Positions 1-64,000 of a stretch of DNA of 64,000 bases are shown here, piece after piece (position 1 is the first letter of the stretch; every line of letters starts with the position of its first letter). The position numbers and the translations under genes were made by a program. This DNA comes from the human T2T-CHM13v2.0 reference genome, Homo sapiens. The notes under the pieces were generated by a model. The model had not been told where the DNA came from, did not search any database, and saw only the letters and a list, made by a program, of their open reading frames with translations. The stretch is from assembly GCF_009914755.1 (NCBI RefSeq), contig NC_060947.1; one strand, written 5' to 3'.

Positions 1-342
1 TTCAAGATGACGCGGCTGAAAGTGCTACCAAGTATATGAATTTGGCTGGAAAGGTCGATGCTTGGTCAACAGACCTTGCCACAGGATTCATGTAAATATT
101 GCCCTTTGGCTTGTGGCAACAGCTGCTATTTACAGAGCATGTGCTATCCTTATTTGTAAATCTGCCTAAAATTCATGATCTGTAGACTTTGTTCAACAAG
201 AGTCATCTCATTTCTGAGCCTACTCAACACCTTGCTCTATCTGCTACTACTTTCCCCAATTATGTCTTTTCATTTGAAATGGTCTTGGATTGCTCTATTC
301 CATTGGGGTTGGAGAACAGAGCAAACTTTTATAAAGAACTGG

Positions 343-690
<348 letters not shown>

Positions 691-1422
691 TTATAGAGGT
701 TATTCAACAATCATTCTCGAATAGCCAAACTTGTTTAGTAGCTACTAGAACATGTGTCCACTGGTGATATTAAATGTTTTACAAAATTCATAAAGGAAAA
801 GCCAAAGGCTTCGTGTTCCTTCTCTTATTTTGCATCTGAAATTTGTCATTGAAACCACAGTATGACTTAAAACCACATTGTGATCCGACTGATTAATGTT
901 CTTCAGAAACTGGCAGAAAAGATTCTGGACACACTGTCTTGCTTACAGCTACAGTAACCATTCTGTTCATATCAGTAAGCTTTCTCACTATTTTTTTAAA
1001 GACATTTATGATAGTGGCATTTTTGAAAATGTGATATTTCCTTGGTGATCTGTATTTTAAGGAAAAGGTCATGGTAATAACTAGTATATGTCTACCATTT
1101 CTTGAGCACCCACTATTGTATTAGGCACTGTGCTAGATTCTTTACATATGATATTGCTAATCCTCCAAATAATTCTATGAAATAAATATTATTATCCCTA
1201 TTTTACAGATAAGAAAATGGAGATTTAGGCTAAACAACTCATCTAAGGTTCCACAGCTAGTAAGTGACATTCAAACCCCAGACTGTCTAGTCCAAACCTC
1301 GTTTTTCATCTTTATTAAGTTCACTGGTCTTCACAGGGCTTCCTCCTTGACAGTAGAAATTATACTGAGAAAATAACTGAAAAATATTTCTGCCATCTAT
1401 CTCCATGGTGTTCCCTCTAAAG

Positions 1423-1624
1423 CAGCCGTGTCCGACCCTTTGAATGCAAGAACTTTTTTGCCTATCTGTGGTGGTGGATATCATGAAAATTCGGCATGGA
1501 CCTTTTTTTTTTTTTTTTTTTTTTTTTGAGTATCAGCTATCATTGGCATTAGTATTTTATGTGTGGCCCAGGACAATTATTCTTCCAGTATGACCCAGGG
1601 AAGCCAAAAGGTTGGACACCCATG
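1423..1624 (-). mobile_element. MER30-family (MER30B-like) hAT DNA transposon MITE
   Basis: Terminal inverted repeats CAGCCGTGTCCGACC / GGTTGGACACCCATG and perfect 8-bp TSD CTCTAAAG (1415-1422, 1625-1632). Confidence 0.85.
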
Positions 1625-1792
1625 CTCTAAAGTAAACTCTCAAAACAGTAATGGGACTCAGGACAGTTTGTGCAAAGAAGGGGAGAGCGTAACAGAAAGA
1701 ACTGAGATGTCCAAGAAGAAAGGATTGGCAAAACATTGTATAGTACATTAATAAATGGAATGTTATGCAAGCATTAAGAATGATTATGTGTT

Positions 1793-2106
<314 letters not shown>

Positions 2107-2524
2107 TCAGGTATCTGTTGACATGAAAATATATTCCTGTATATTGTTAAGTGAAAACATACAGGCAAAAAGTTAGAATGATCCCATTTTCACCACACAC
2201 ACACACTGAAAAACACTATTTACATAAATGTATTTCCACAAAGGACAAACCCTGGAAGGTTCTACTCCAAATGTTAAACCAGTAGTTACATACAGCAAGG
2301 TGGTGGGATTGTGTGTAATATTTTTTTCTTATTTTGCTTTTCTATTCTAGTTTTCCTCAATGAAGGTGTTTCTTTATGTAATAGATAAATACCATTTTAT
2401 AGATGAATCAAAACGTATTACTCAAAACTGAACAAGTTGAAATTAATCCTTAACAGAAGGAGTATGACCTTGTAGATAGGGTGAGTCAAAAACAAAAACA
2501 AAAACAAAAAAACAAAAAAAAACA

Positions 2525-3323
<799 letters not shown>

Positions 3324-4138
3324 CAAGATTTTCTTAAATGCTCCCAACCCTGACATTCTACCCACCCATACATGCCCTAAAACACGAAACACATGCTAAA
3401 TAATCTGAATTGGGTTTGCTAAAGGCCCAATATTTTTTCACTATTTAATACTTTTTATTTCCACTTAAATAAGTCAGAGTTAGTTTCTATTACATGCAAG
3501 TAGAAATTCTCATGGATGCACATGTTACCATTGATTTCCATGTATTTACTATGTATGTAAAGGCACAATATTATCCATGGCGGTATTATTAGAGGCAAAA
3601 TAGTACAATTATTACCAGCTTTGGCTGTAGAGTCAGAAAGACTTGGAGTTCAGATTCTACTAAATTGTTTAACCTCTCTCTCCTCTGATTTGCATCTGTA
3701 AAATGGGTATAATAATACCTAATTCAACGTGATCTCATGAGGATTTAATGTAAAATATGTGTATAAAACATTTAACATGATCCCGGCATATAACAGATAC
3801 TCAGTGGATGGTAGTTAACAAAAAGAAAAAAGCAGGGTGCTGCTTTGAGTTTTGGCTAAGCCAAGGAAAAAGCCAGAATATGATAAAGTAAGTCTGAAAG
3901 TCAGTGCTAAACTAAAATAGGAATAAGGCGGAAGTGCTGTTTGCCAAGTTCATTTTCTCTGTTCATTATCATTTATCAGGGTCAGCAATTTGGTGCAGTT
4001 ACACTTCCCCAAAGGTAAGTTCTGAAGAAAGGCAGTAATGAGGGAGAAGAGGGTTAGGCTACTTCTCTACTTAGACTGTGACTTTTTTGAGGACAGGAGT
4101 CATACTCGATTTGTCTTTGTTTAAAAAGAGGCCGGAGG

Positions 4139-4435
<297 letters not shown>

Positions 4436-4781
4436 ATAGTAAGAGGTAGGAGGGAAGGCAGTTCAGGGACTGGCTCCCTAGCTACATCATGCCCTCCCCA
4501 CTCCACACATATTCTTCAGCTTCTATGTTGCCTTCTGGTTTCTCCCATTTCTCTTCCTTCAATCTTGTCCTGAGTGTCCATTCTTGCCAGATTTCACATG
4601 CATAATAATACACTTACATAACATTTTTCAGGGCTCTCCCCCAGCTTACCCACTGCGTGTGGAACAAGATACCAAAAGACAAAAGACAATAATGTCTACA
4701 TACACACACACACACCACACACTCTCTCTCTCTCTCAAAAAAAAAAAAAAAAAAGGATTGGGTCCTTGTCCTGGGCCTAGA

Positions 4782-5277
4782 TCAGTGGTTTTCAAACTTG
4801 AGCACATCAGCATCATCTGGAGGGCTTGTTAAAACACAGATAGTTGGCCCCACTCCCAGAGTTTCTGAATTGGTAAGTTTGGAGTGGGGCCAAGAATTTG
4901 TCTAACAATTTCTCCACTGATGCTGATGCTGTTGGTCCGGGGACCACACTTGGAGAACTAGTGACCTAGAACGAGGACCAGCAAACTTTTTCTGTAAAGG
5001 GCCAGGTAGTAAGTATTTGAGGCTTTACAGATTATAAAGTCTGTCACAACCGCTAAACTCTGCTGTTGTAACATGAAAGCAGCCATAGACTATAGGTAAC
5101 CACATGAACATGGCTGGATTCCAATAAAATTGTTTTTATGGAAACTGGAATTTGAATTTCATATAACTAAATATTATTATTCTTTTGATTTTTTTAAACA
5201 ATTTTAAATGTAAAAACATTCTTAGTTCAAGGGCCATACAAAAATGGGCTTCAGGCTGTGTTTGCTGACCTTTGCCT
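4782..5277. mobile_element. Adjacent MER5A-like and MER58-like hAT/Charlie fragments
   Basis: CAGTGGTTTTCAAACTT...GGAGAACTAGTG (MER5A-like) followed by CAGCAAACTTTTTCTGTAAAGGGCCAG (MER58-like); recognised from memory of consensus. Confidence 0.7.
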
Positions 5278-5405
5278 GAAAGAGACTCATTCTCTGTGGA
5301 AGACAAACACAGGTGGATGAAAGAAGACTTAACAAAGCAATTAATATATGAGAATGTCTTTAACCTCAATAGTCATCAGGGAAATGCAAGTTAAAACCAC
5401 AATGA

Positions 5406-5712
5406 GGCCCGGCACAGTGGCCCATGCTTGTATCCCCAGCACTTTGGGAGGCCAAGGCGGGTGTATTGCTTGAGCCCAGGAGTTCGAGACCAGCATAGGC
5501 AACATGGCGAAATCCTGTCTCTACAAAAATAAAAAATAAATTAGTCTGGCGTGGTGGCATGCACCTGTAGTCCCAGCTACTCAGGAGGCTAAAGCAGGAG
5601 GATCACATATCTTTGGGAGGTCGAGGCTACAGTGAGTCATGGTCATGCCACTACACTCCAGCCTGGGGTGACATAACGAGACTCTGTCTCAAAACAAAAC
5701 AAAACAAAAACA
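5406..5712 (+). mobile_element. Alu SINE (AluJ-like)
   Basis: Diverged Alu consensus, (AAAAC)n tail. Confidence 0.92.
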
Positions 5713-6352
5713 ATGCGATACTGCTGCACATCCATTAGAATGGCTAAAATGTTTAAAGACTGACAACACCCAGAGCTTGTGAGGATGGGGACTCTCATAG
5801 AGTGCATGTGAAAATGTAAATTGTACAACCACTTTGGAAACCAGTTTGGCAGTATTTATTAGAGTTGAACACATATACACCATTTTGTAGTAACGACACA
5901 GAGATGTGCCACCTAGATTCTGCTTTGAGGAAGAACATGCTACTCAGGTATGCAGGGGAGGTACAGTCAGCAGATAGCCTCCAGCTGTCAGCTCCTTGAG
6001 ACTCTGCCTTAGCTGCAAAGAGCTGCTTCACCCGAAGTCACACTCTTCCTAAGGTGACCATTTCAACCTGACACAGAACACACCAATGGGCTCTACTTGT
6101 TCCAAAACTCAGTGCCAAGTTAGCTCAAGCTTTGTCAGCCTTGTATCATAGTTCATCTCTCCTGCCCAATACTACTCCCTCTGCCTTCCTTCCACTGGTA
6201 TTGATCCCTAACAAACATCTTGCACCCAATATTTAATCTCAGCTTTTGCTTCTAGAGAGCCCAACCTGTGACATCTTTCACCCCACTAGGATAATACACC
6301 CCAGAGGTAATCATTCATATATGCACCAAAAACCATGTACAATAATGTTCTA

Positions 6353-6810
<458 letters not shown>

Positions 6811-8303
6811 CTATTGGCTGAAATAAGCAAGATATAAAGAATACATACCATACAATGCCATTCATATAAAGTTCAAAAGCAGGCAAAAGTTTTAATGACT
6901 GCATTCATAAGCAATAAAACTATAAAGAAAAGCAAAGAAATGATTATCACAGAACTCAAGATAATGGTTATGTCCAGGGATGACCTTCAAAAATTTTAAT
7001 GACCACTATGGCATGGACTTTGACCACTCCAAACAGACAGAACCTTTTATACCTCACCAGGGAATGCTGGCTCAATGCGACCCTTGGTTTAATTCCGGGT
7101 GGGAGAAGAAGGAATGATCAGAGAAAGGCACCTGTTTTGGGTGCCTGGCCCAGAAGCGAAATTGGAAGCTGAAGTCTTGTATTGTTTGCACTTTCAAAGT
7201 GCTAACAATGTTCAATTTTTTAACCTGGGTAGAGGTTACATAGACATTCACTTTATAATTATTTCTCAAACTGTACATACACATTTTATGCACACTAAAA
7301 GAAGAAAAATTAGGCACACCATAGAAAAATATAAAGAAGTACTTTATAAATGTTTTTTTCAAAACGTGACTATAAAGCACTGAGGAGATGGTGCTGAGAG
7401 TAGCGATAAGAATGATCAGAGCTCATCATGTGCTTGTTCATTCTGTAACAATATTGTACAAAACAGACCTTGAAAAGTTCCAAGAACTTCCCTAAGAGGT
7501 ACACAGAGACACTGTTATTCAGGAGGGAGCATTCCTTTCCAGCTGAGAGGAGACAGGAGAAAAGCTTCAAAGAAGGAAAAGCTTCATTTGAGGTGAGCAT
7601 TGAAGAATAGAGGATTCCAGCAGGTACAGTTGCAGAGGAGGTTGGAGAAAAGATATAGCATTAGCACTGAGATGGAGTGAAGAATAAGTGGCATGTGATC
7701 AAGAAATTAAATAGTTACATTGGTTAGAGCAAAACTTCCCAATTTGTATTGATGCTTAACACACTTAGGATAATTCTAAATCACTCATTATTTTCTGTAA
7801 GGGACAGTTATACACTCCACAGATACCTATCGAAATGCTACTGTGCCAGGTACTAGGTGCTAGGTATACAGCCATAAGCAAGACAGACAAGGTTCTGGAG
7901 CTTATGCTGCTTATGTCTGGATTTAATGCCTTTCTAGAAGCAGCATTCTTTCTGATGGCAGAAAACAATCCTCCACTTAAACTCAGTCAATTCATGTTTA
8001 AACCCAATCAGATATAGGATTCACCCCCTCCCTCCTTCATGCCCCACATGTTGATTTTGAACTCCAGAGTTTATGCAAGACTGAAATAACAGTGGTGGGG
8101 AGGAGGAACCCACTTCTCAGGTTCTTGGTATATTCTGCACTGGGCTTCCTTGGGATGTGCAGTTATCCTGTCTTCCATCCCTGCTGCCATCCATTAGGGT
8201 GGCCAACTGCCCATCAGGCCTCTAATGACATGGTCTTTACTTCTCCCAAATGTGGCTTCTTCTCATCATGACCACAAGATTCCAGCTCTCAAATTCTCTT
8301 CTG

Positions 8304-8597
<294 letters not shown>

Positions 8598-10616
8598 AGC
8601 ATTCTCTTACTTTCCTGCTCTACTCCTTCTTCTCAGTTCTGAGGCTCTTGTCTACTGAGGGTAGAGGTACTGAGGGTAGAGGTATGGGTTGAGGAACATA
8701 ACACATCCTTCTCAACAGAGACTCTTTCCAAATCTTCCTGTCTTACACCCTGGACTGAGACTTAAAATGATAACCTAAAAACCAAGAATATATTTTCCCC
8801 TTCCTTTGTGACACCTGCATTAGAGATAAGACCAGCCTCATGTCTCCCTAACTGCATCCAGAAGGGTCACATGATTGAGAGTAGCAGGGAGCTCAGGCAG
8901 CCTTCATAGGTCATCCCACTATATCCATCACAGTATGGTTGAATGTTACTAGGCCTTGCAGCATTCACAAATAGACAAAAACCCTTTTCAAGACCTGAAA
9001 TTGGAATTATTGAATTTTGTGCTTTAAAAAATATCAACCTGCTTATTTTAATAATTTTTGCATTTTGTTTCTAAATAATGATATTAGAGATCTCATCATT
9101 TGACTTTGTAGATGTGGATAATTTTTTATTCCCAATGAGTGAGAAAACAAATTGTATTTAGCCATAACTCAATTTTCTTTTTAAGGATTTCTGAAGTGCT
9201 TGAGAAATTTTTATGAGCTATATAAGAATTTTGATCAGATAAATGCAGCTTCTGGGTCTGATGAGTGTTATGTTGGGAATTTTTAGAATTGTAATCATTT
9301 TATGCTCTGATTTCAATCATCAGCATGTCTTTGATTCTTTATGGATATATATTAAACAGCTTATGTATCATTTTTTATAAATTAACACTCCATAAAGGTC
9401 AAGACCAAGATGGCAAGCTAGCAGTGTTCAGCTAAATGATCGACTAAGTATTTGAGTCATGGACACATCCATTTGATTGCCACTAACTGCTGCACATGTT
9501 CAAATCTGAAGGGAAATGATGGGCAGAGCATAAAGTTTATAAAGAGTTTCCTTGGGAGATAACTCTGGAATGATGCATTCAGGACAGATCCTTGGAGCTT
9601 TAATGCCAGGCTGATGCCATATTCTTTCAGTTCAGCATCTCCAATTTCTGAGAGGAAGAGGCAAGCAGGCCTGGGCAATGCTGACCTGCCTATGGGATTC
9701 ACTAAGCAGAAAGGAGAGCCTAGCCTTGGTGAATGTGATAGGGGTAGAGAATGAAGGAAATTAAGAAACTAGCCCGCATAGAAATAAAGTAGCAAAGGGA
9801 AAGAAGGGCCTGGAGGGCATTGTGTGCCGAAGGAGGCCAGTTTTTCCTGCTTGCTGTGCCTGTCGCCATTTCACCAAGAGTATAGGTGATAGGCTGTGGC
9901 CCCAAGTAATGAGCTTTTCTCACCCCAAACTCTATAAGGAATGAAAATAGACATAAATAACATAGAAATGTGTAAGTGGAAATATAGAAATGCAAAACAG
10001 AAATATGTAAATAAAAATGAACTCTTTATGTTGCTCTGTATGGAAAGCCATACCCATGCTGGATTTGTGTATATGAAAAGGGAGGCTTTTCAACTAGTGG
10101 GGATTTAAAAATAAATGAATCATTTATGCCTCCACTTGGCCTGCCTTCCAGCCTCTGGCTGCTGACTCACCTATACAAAATCTTCCTTCCCAGCCTCATC
10201 TATGTTAGGCAGGCCTGTTTTTGCCTTCGCAGGCCCTAAACACTGTCACTTGTGGAGACTTCAGCCAACATCATAATAAACATATTAAAATGCATCCACA
10301 TCCTGCATTAAACATTTATATTTTTGCTATAAATTTTTGAAAATGCTTTGGTAATTTTGCTTTTGAAATTATTTGTCTGTGCATAACTAATTTAATTTAC
10401 ATGGCTGTGATTTCTCCATAAGAATTACATGTACGTGGGAATTCTTGGGAAGTGAGAAGATCCAACCTAAAAATCGTCTTCAAATATAATGGGTTTTTAA
10501 ATGCATAATAAATTTAACTGTTAATGAACTTGATATACTGTTCTATTTTGTATGCCATTTAATTATTATTTTTGAATTTGTCATTTTAGTATTTTGTAGC
10601 CTTTACTTAAAAACAA

Positions 10617-10907
<291 letters not shown>

Positions 10908-11472
10908 CTAGTCTTTTTTAAAGATCCTGTTTTTTTTAATTTTGTTTCTGAAAAGCCTGTAAGTTCTAGACACTTAGTGATAGTTGCCTAATAGATAAAA
11001 GACAGGCACTGAGCACCCACTGAATTTGTGTGTGTTTGTGTATGTGTGTACACGCACGCATGTGCAGATGGTGGTGGTAAAGGTGGTGAGATTCATGTTT
11101 TCTTGAAGCCAGAGTTTCATTTATTTGAATTTTATTCAATTGTCTTTTAACTCTTTGCATTGGAAGCCACTTATATGCAACCATCATTTCCCCTGTGAGA
11201 GACCTCAGTTTTTAGTGTCCTTACCTCAATATATTTTAATTTCCACACAACCTCTTATTCTTCACTTAACAAATATTTATTGAGTGCCCACTATGTGCAA
11301 TGCACTGTTTAGGTGCTGAGGATACTGTAAAGTTGGAGGAAGAAGTATCTCGCCTTTTCCCTAAGGCCGATTCCGCCATCTACATCTTGGATCTTTGTCC
11401 CTCTCAATTACTGAGGGATTTTGCTTGCAACCTTACTGCCTCTCTCTTCTAGCATCTTAAAAGGCCCCCTCT

Positions 11473-11780
<308 letters not shown>

Positions 11781-12179
11781 GGCCCCCTCTTTGTTGGTTC
11801 CTTCCTCTTTGCTTTAAAGTGGCTTCAGGCTTTGTCAACAACCTCTGTTTGACCCTTCTAACTAATTTAATTAAAATTGTACTTCGTTCCTTTTTATTTC
11901 CAAACCTCTTCAATCTGTGGTCTCTTGTCTCCGTTTTCTCACAATACAGTTCCTCCTCAATTCCCCATAATCTTGTTTCTATCCTCACCACTTATTGAAA
12001 CCAAACAATTATTGGTCTCCAGTGAACTCCTTGACACGTCCAAAGAAAGTCTCTTTGGCCCTCATTTTCTTGTCCTATTTTCAGCATTTGATACTGCTAA
12101 CCTCCCCTGCATATTCCTTCTTTATCTTTCGTTTTCATTGACTGCAAATGATTTTCAGTGCAGGAAAGTACATGGAATA

Positions 12180-14225
12180 ACAGAACCAATATATGTACCC
12201 ACCACCCAGTTCTATCAAATCTTGCAACATCACTTTTCAGATTCTGTTTTGAGAAATAAATATTAGATATATTTGATATTCTCTGTATGCCTCCCCCGAG
12301 TGTCAATCCTCTCCCTCTCTTAAATTTGGTGATCATGCCCTTTCATGTTTTATATACTATTACAGTACTACTCATCTATGTAGCCATAAGCAATAGATGA
12401 TATTTTCAGACTTTATATACACAGTATACTGTACATGTTTTGCAATTTGCTTTTCACTCAACATTATATTTTTGAAATTTAGCTGTTACTACCCATAGCT
12501 CAAATTCATTCATCGAGAACACCATTATTTATTCATTCACCTGCTGACATTTACTTGGCTTCCATTTTTGAGATTACAAATAATACTGCAATGAACATTC
12601 TTTTATATGTCTCTTTGTGCATATAAAAGGTAGAGTTTTGCCAGTGTCTATATCTAGAAATAGAATTTCTAGATTGAGGGGTATTGCCTTTATTAGACAT
12701 CGTCAAATTGTTCTTCATAGCAGTTCTACCAACTTAAACTCCTTCTAGCCGTAAATCAGAGTTCCACTGCTAGAACTTCAACAACACTTGGGGTTGTCTG
12801 ACTTTTTAAATTTTCACAAAACCGATGGTTGTGAAATGGTATCTCGTGGTTTTACTTTTCAATTTCCCTGAATAGTAATAAAGTTAGGCATCTTTTCATG
12901 TCTTTATTGGCCATCTGGGTTTCCTTGACTATGAATTACTTACTCAGATATTTTGTCAATTTTTCTATTAGGTTTCTTTCTTATTTATAGGAGTTCTTAT
13001 ATATCCTGGATACCAAGTCATTCATTCATTTAATCAATATTTTTCTAGCACCTACTTGGCTCCAAGAATGGTTCTAGGCACTGAGAATGCAGCTATGATC
13101 AAAACAGACAAAATCCTTGCACTCATGGAACTCAACATTCTAGCGGGTGAAGGTAAATGACCAATAATATTGATAAATAAAACAGAAGTGGTAGATAGTG
13201 ATACATAAGCAGGGAAGAGGGATAGGGAACATGTATGTGTGGTGATGGAGAAGGGGATTGTTGAATTACAATTTTCAATAAAGTGGTCTAGGAAGGCTTC
13301 AGTGAGAAAGTGACATTTGAGCAAAGACCTGAAGGAGGTGAGAGTGCATGCAGAGTGAACAGCAAGTGTAAAGGCCCTGAGGTAAGAGTGTGCCTGGCAA
13401 GTCCTAGCAACAACAAGGAGTCAGTGTGACTAAGCAAAGCTAGTTAGGGAGAGTGGTGGGAAATGGTGGGAGATGTCCGAAAGGTGATGACAGCTTGTCT
13501 TTTTTTTTTTTTTTTTTTTTTGAGACAAGGTCTTGCTCTGTCACCCAGGCTGGAGTGCAGTGGCGCCATCACAGCTCACTGTAGATGTGACCTCGCTGGC
13601 TCAAGGGGATGCTCCCACCTCAGCCTCCTGAGTAGCTGGGACTGCAAGCACTTGCCACCACATCCAGCTAATTTTTATAGTTTTTGTAGAGACAGGGTTT
13701 TGCCACGTTTCCCAGGCTGGTCTTGAACTCCTGGGCTCAAGTGATCCTACCACCTCGGCCTCCCAAAGTGCTGGGATTACAGGCATGAGCCACTGTGCAG
13801 GCCAGTTTGTCTTTTAACTTGTTTATATTGTCTTAAAGTACATACATTTTGAAATTTCATGTAGCTAAATGTCTTATTCTCATTCCATATTCCAAGCTCA
13901 TACTCAATTTTTTTTTCTGAAAGTTATAAAGTTTTGCTTTTCACATTTAGATCTTTAATCCACCTGGAACTGATTTTTCTTCCATGGTTTGAGGTAGGGG
14001 TCTAATTTTTATAATTTTCCATATGGATAAGCAGTAGTCCTAGTACCACTTAGTGGATAATCCATTCTTTCCCCACTGATTTGAAATGTCCCACACGCTG
14101 CATATCAACCTTCCGTATATGTGTGGTCTGTTTGAGGGGTTTATATTGTGTTTCATTGATTGTCTATCTCCACAGCATACTTTTAATTACTACAGATTTA
14201 CAGTCACTCTTGATATCTAGTGTAT
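12180..14225 (-). mobile_element. Old L1 fragments with intervening L2-like segment and Alu
   Basis: Antisense L1-like text (TGTGAAATGGTATCTCGTGGTTTT; TCACATTTAGATCTTTAATCCACCTGGAA); boundaries approximate. Confidence 0.6.
13500..13803 (-). mobile_element. Alu SINE (AluJ-like)
   Basis: Reverse Alu consensus with poly-T. Confidence 0.93.
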
Positions 14226-15220
14226 TATAGATTCTGGAGCAAATGAATAACACGATCGAAAAATTACTTTGGGAAAAATATTTTTATGGCTGTCAACAGA
14301 GTAAACATGTCAAAGGAAAGAGTAAACCCAACAGGATTTATTTAAAGAAAAGTGCAATAACCCAGATAGGCTATCACAAGGGCTTACAATAAAGTTATGG
14401 CAGTGTGAATGGAGAGAAAATAAGGAATCTAAAAGTAATTCCACGTAAAATATTAACAGGGTGTGTTGACTGATTGGATATAGAGATGAGGAGGGGGAAG
14501 ACGATATATGGCTTTCCAGTGAAATGATAATGAGTTAGTTTTGTGACGCAGTGATGTGTTAACAATGGACTCTATTAGGTAAGAGGTCTGGGCCAGGGAT
14601 ATATATTTGGACATTGTCTAGTTAGAGGTGAACTGGAGGGGACGCAGAGGAGGAGCAAAGGTCTGGGCTTTGGGGAATTCTCCGATTTAGGGCGTGGAAG
14701 AAAGAAGAGGAAAGGAAATGGTAGGATAACCAACACGGGACATTATAACCTTAAGAAATATATATATATATATATATGTATTTTTTTACTGAATGATGTG
14801 GGTCGTATTGACACAACAGGTTTGAGATCTCCCATAGGTATGACTGTGTTTTGTTTCTGTGGCCTTCAAAGTCCTCAGAACAATTTTGATGTCACAGGTG
14901 GCATTTAAAACCCATTCCTTGCTGGACCTGGTAGAGACGCCCCCAGTCCGTCAGGTCTCTCGCTGCAGTTCCGCAGTTTGACCGCAGGGGACGGAATCTG
15001 CGGCGGCCTGGAAAACTGGCGGGGGCGCGAGGCGCCGCTCTCTCTTGGGTCAGATTCTCAGCTCCCAGCTCCCCGCTCCCGGCTCCCGGCGCCCGGCGCC
15101 CGGCGCGGAGCTGTTCCTCAAACGACACGCAGCCGAGGTGGGTGGGTGTGGGGACGCGGGAGCCAGTGTCGTCGGATCGGCCCGCAGTCCGCTGTCCTGC
15201 TGAGCCCGGAGGCCGCCTGG

Positions 15221-63843
<48,623 letters not shown>

Positions 63844-64000
63844 TAGAGAAGTCGTCAGTTTTACAGAGCCAGATAGGCAGCCAGCTGTCTGGTAGGATGG
63901 GTCTGCATCTGTTATTAATGGCAGGACACCAACATTGAGAGTTGCTACCCTTAAATTTTAGGTTGTGTTGTTTCCTACGATATTTGCCACCTTTTTCCCA

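Noticed and set aside
1-340. Possible regulatory sequence of a divergent neighbouring gene (SMARCA1 lies upstream from memory)
   Set aside because: No exon or CpG island of another gene is visible inside the window
8653-8682. 15-bp tandem duplication TACTGAGGGTAGAGG
   Set aside because: Ordinary slippage duplication in intergenic DNA

Overview
Human genomic DNA (two AluYb8 copies) containing about 15 kb of repeat-rich upstream sequence, the CpG-island promoter and the first 22 coding exons (including the 24-nt alternative microexon '18a') of OCRL, the inositol polyphosphate 5-phosphatase of Lowe syndrome/Dent-2 disease, on the + strand. I assembled the exons by hand from splice sites. They join in frame to 2469 nt (823 aa) matching the OCRL protein as I recall it (PH, 5-phosphatase, ASH and RhoGAP-like domains); the gene continues past the window. 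Nearly all long ORFs in the supplied track are Alu/L1 or GC-rich artefacts. The main observations are: (1) intron 1 looks like a minor-spliceosome (U12) intron with non-canonical GT..AT ends, and a second U12 intron lies near the 3' end; (2) a decayed tandem copy of exon 16 ends only 48 nt upstream of the real exon and has the geometry of a lost mutually exclusive exon; (3) a latent 66-nt poison pseudoexon in intron 4 is one base away from a consensus donor; (4) inverted Alu/L1 pairs bracket exon blocks; (5) there are small template-switch-like palindromic scars. No prokaryotic-type system is present.
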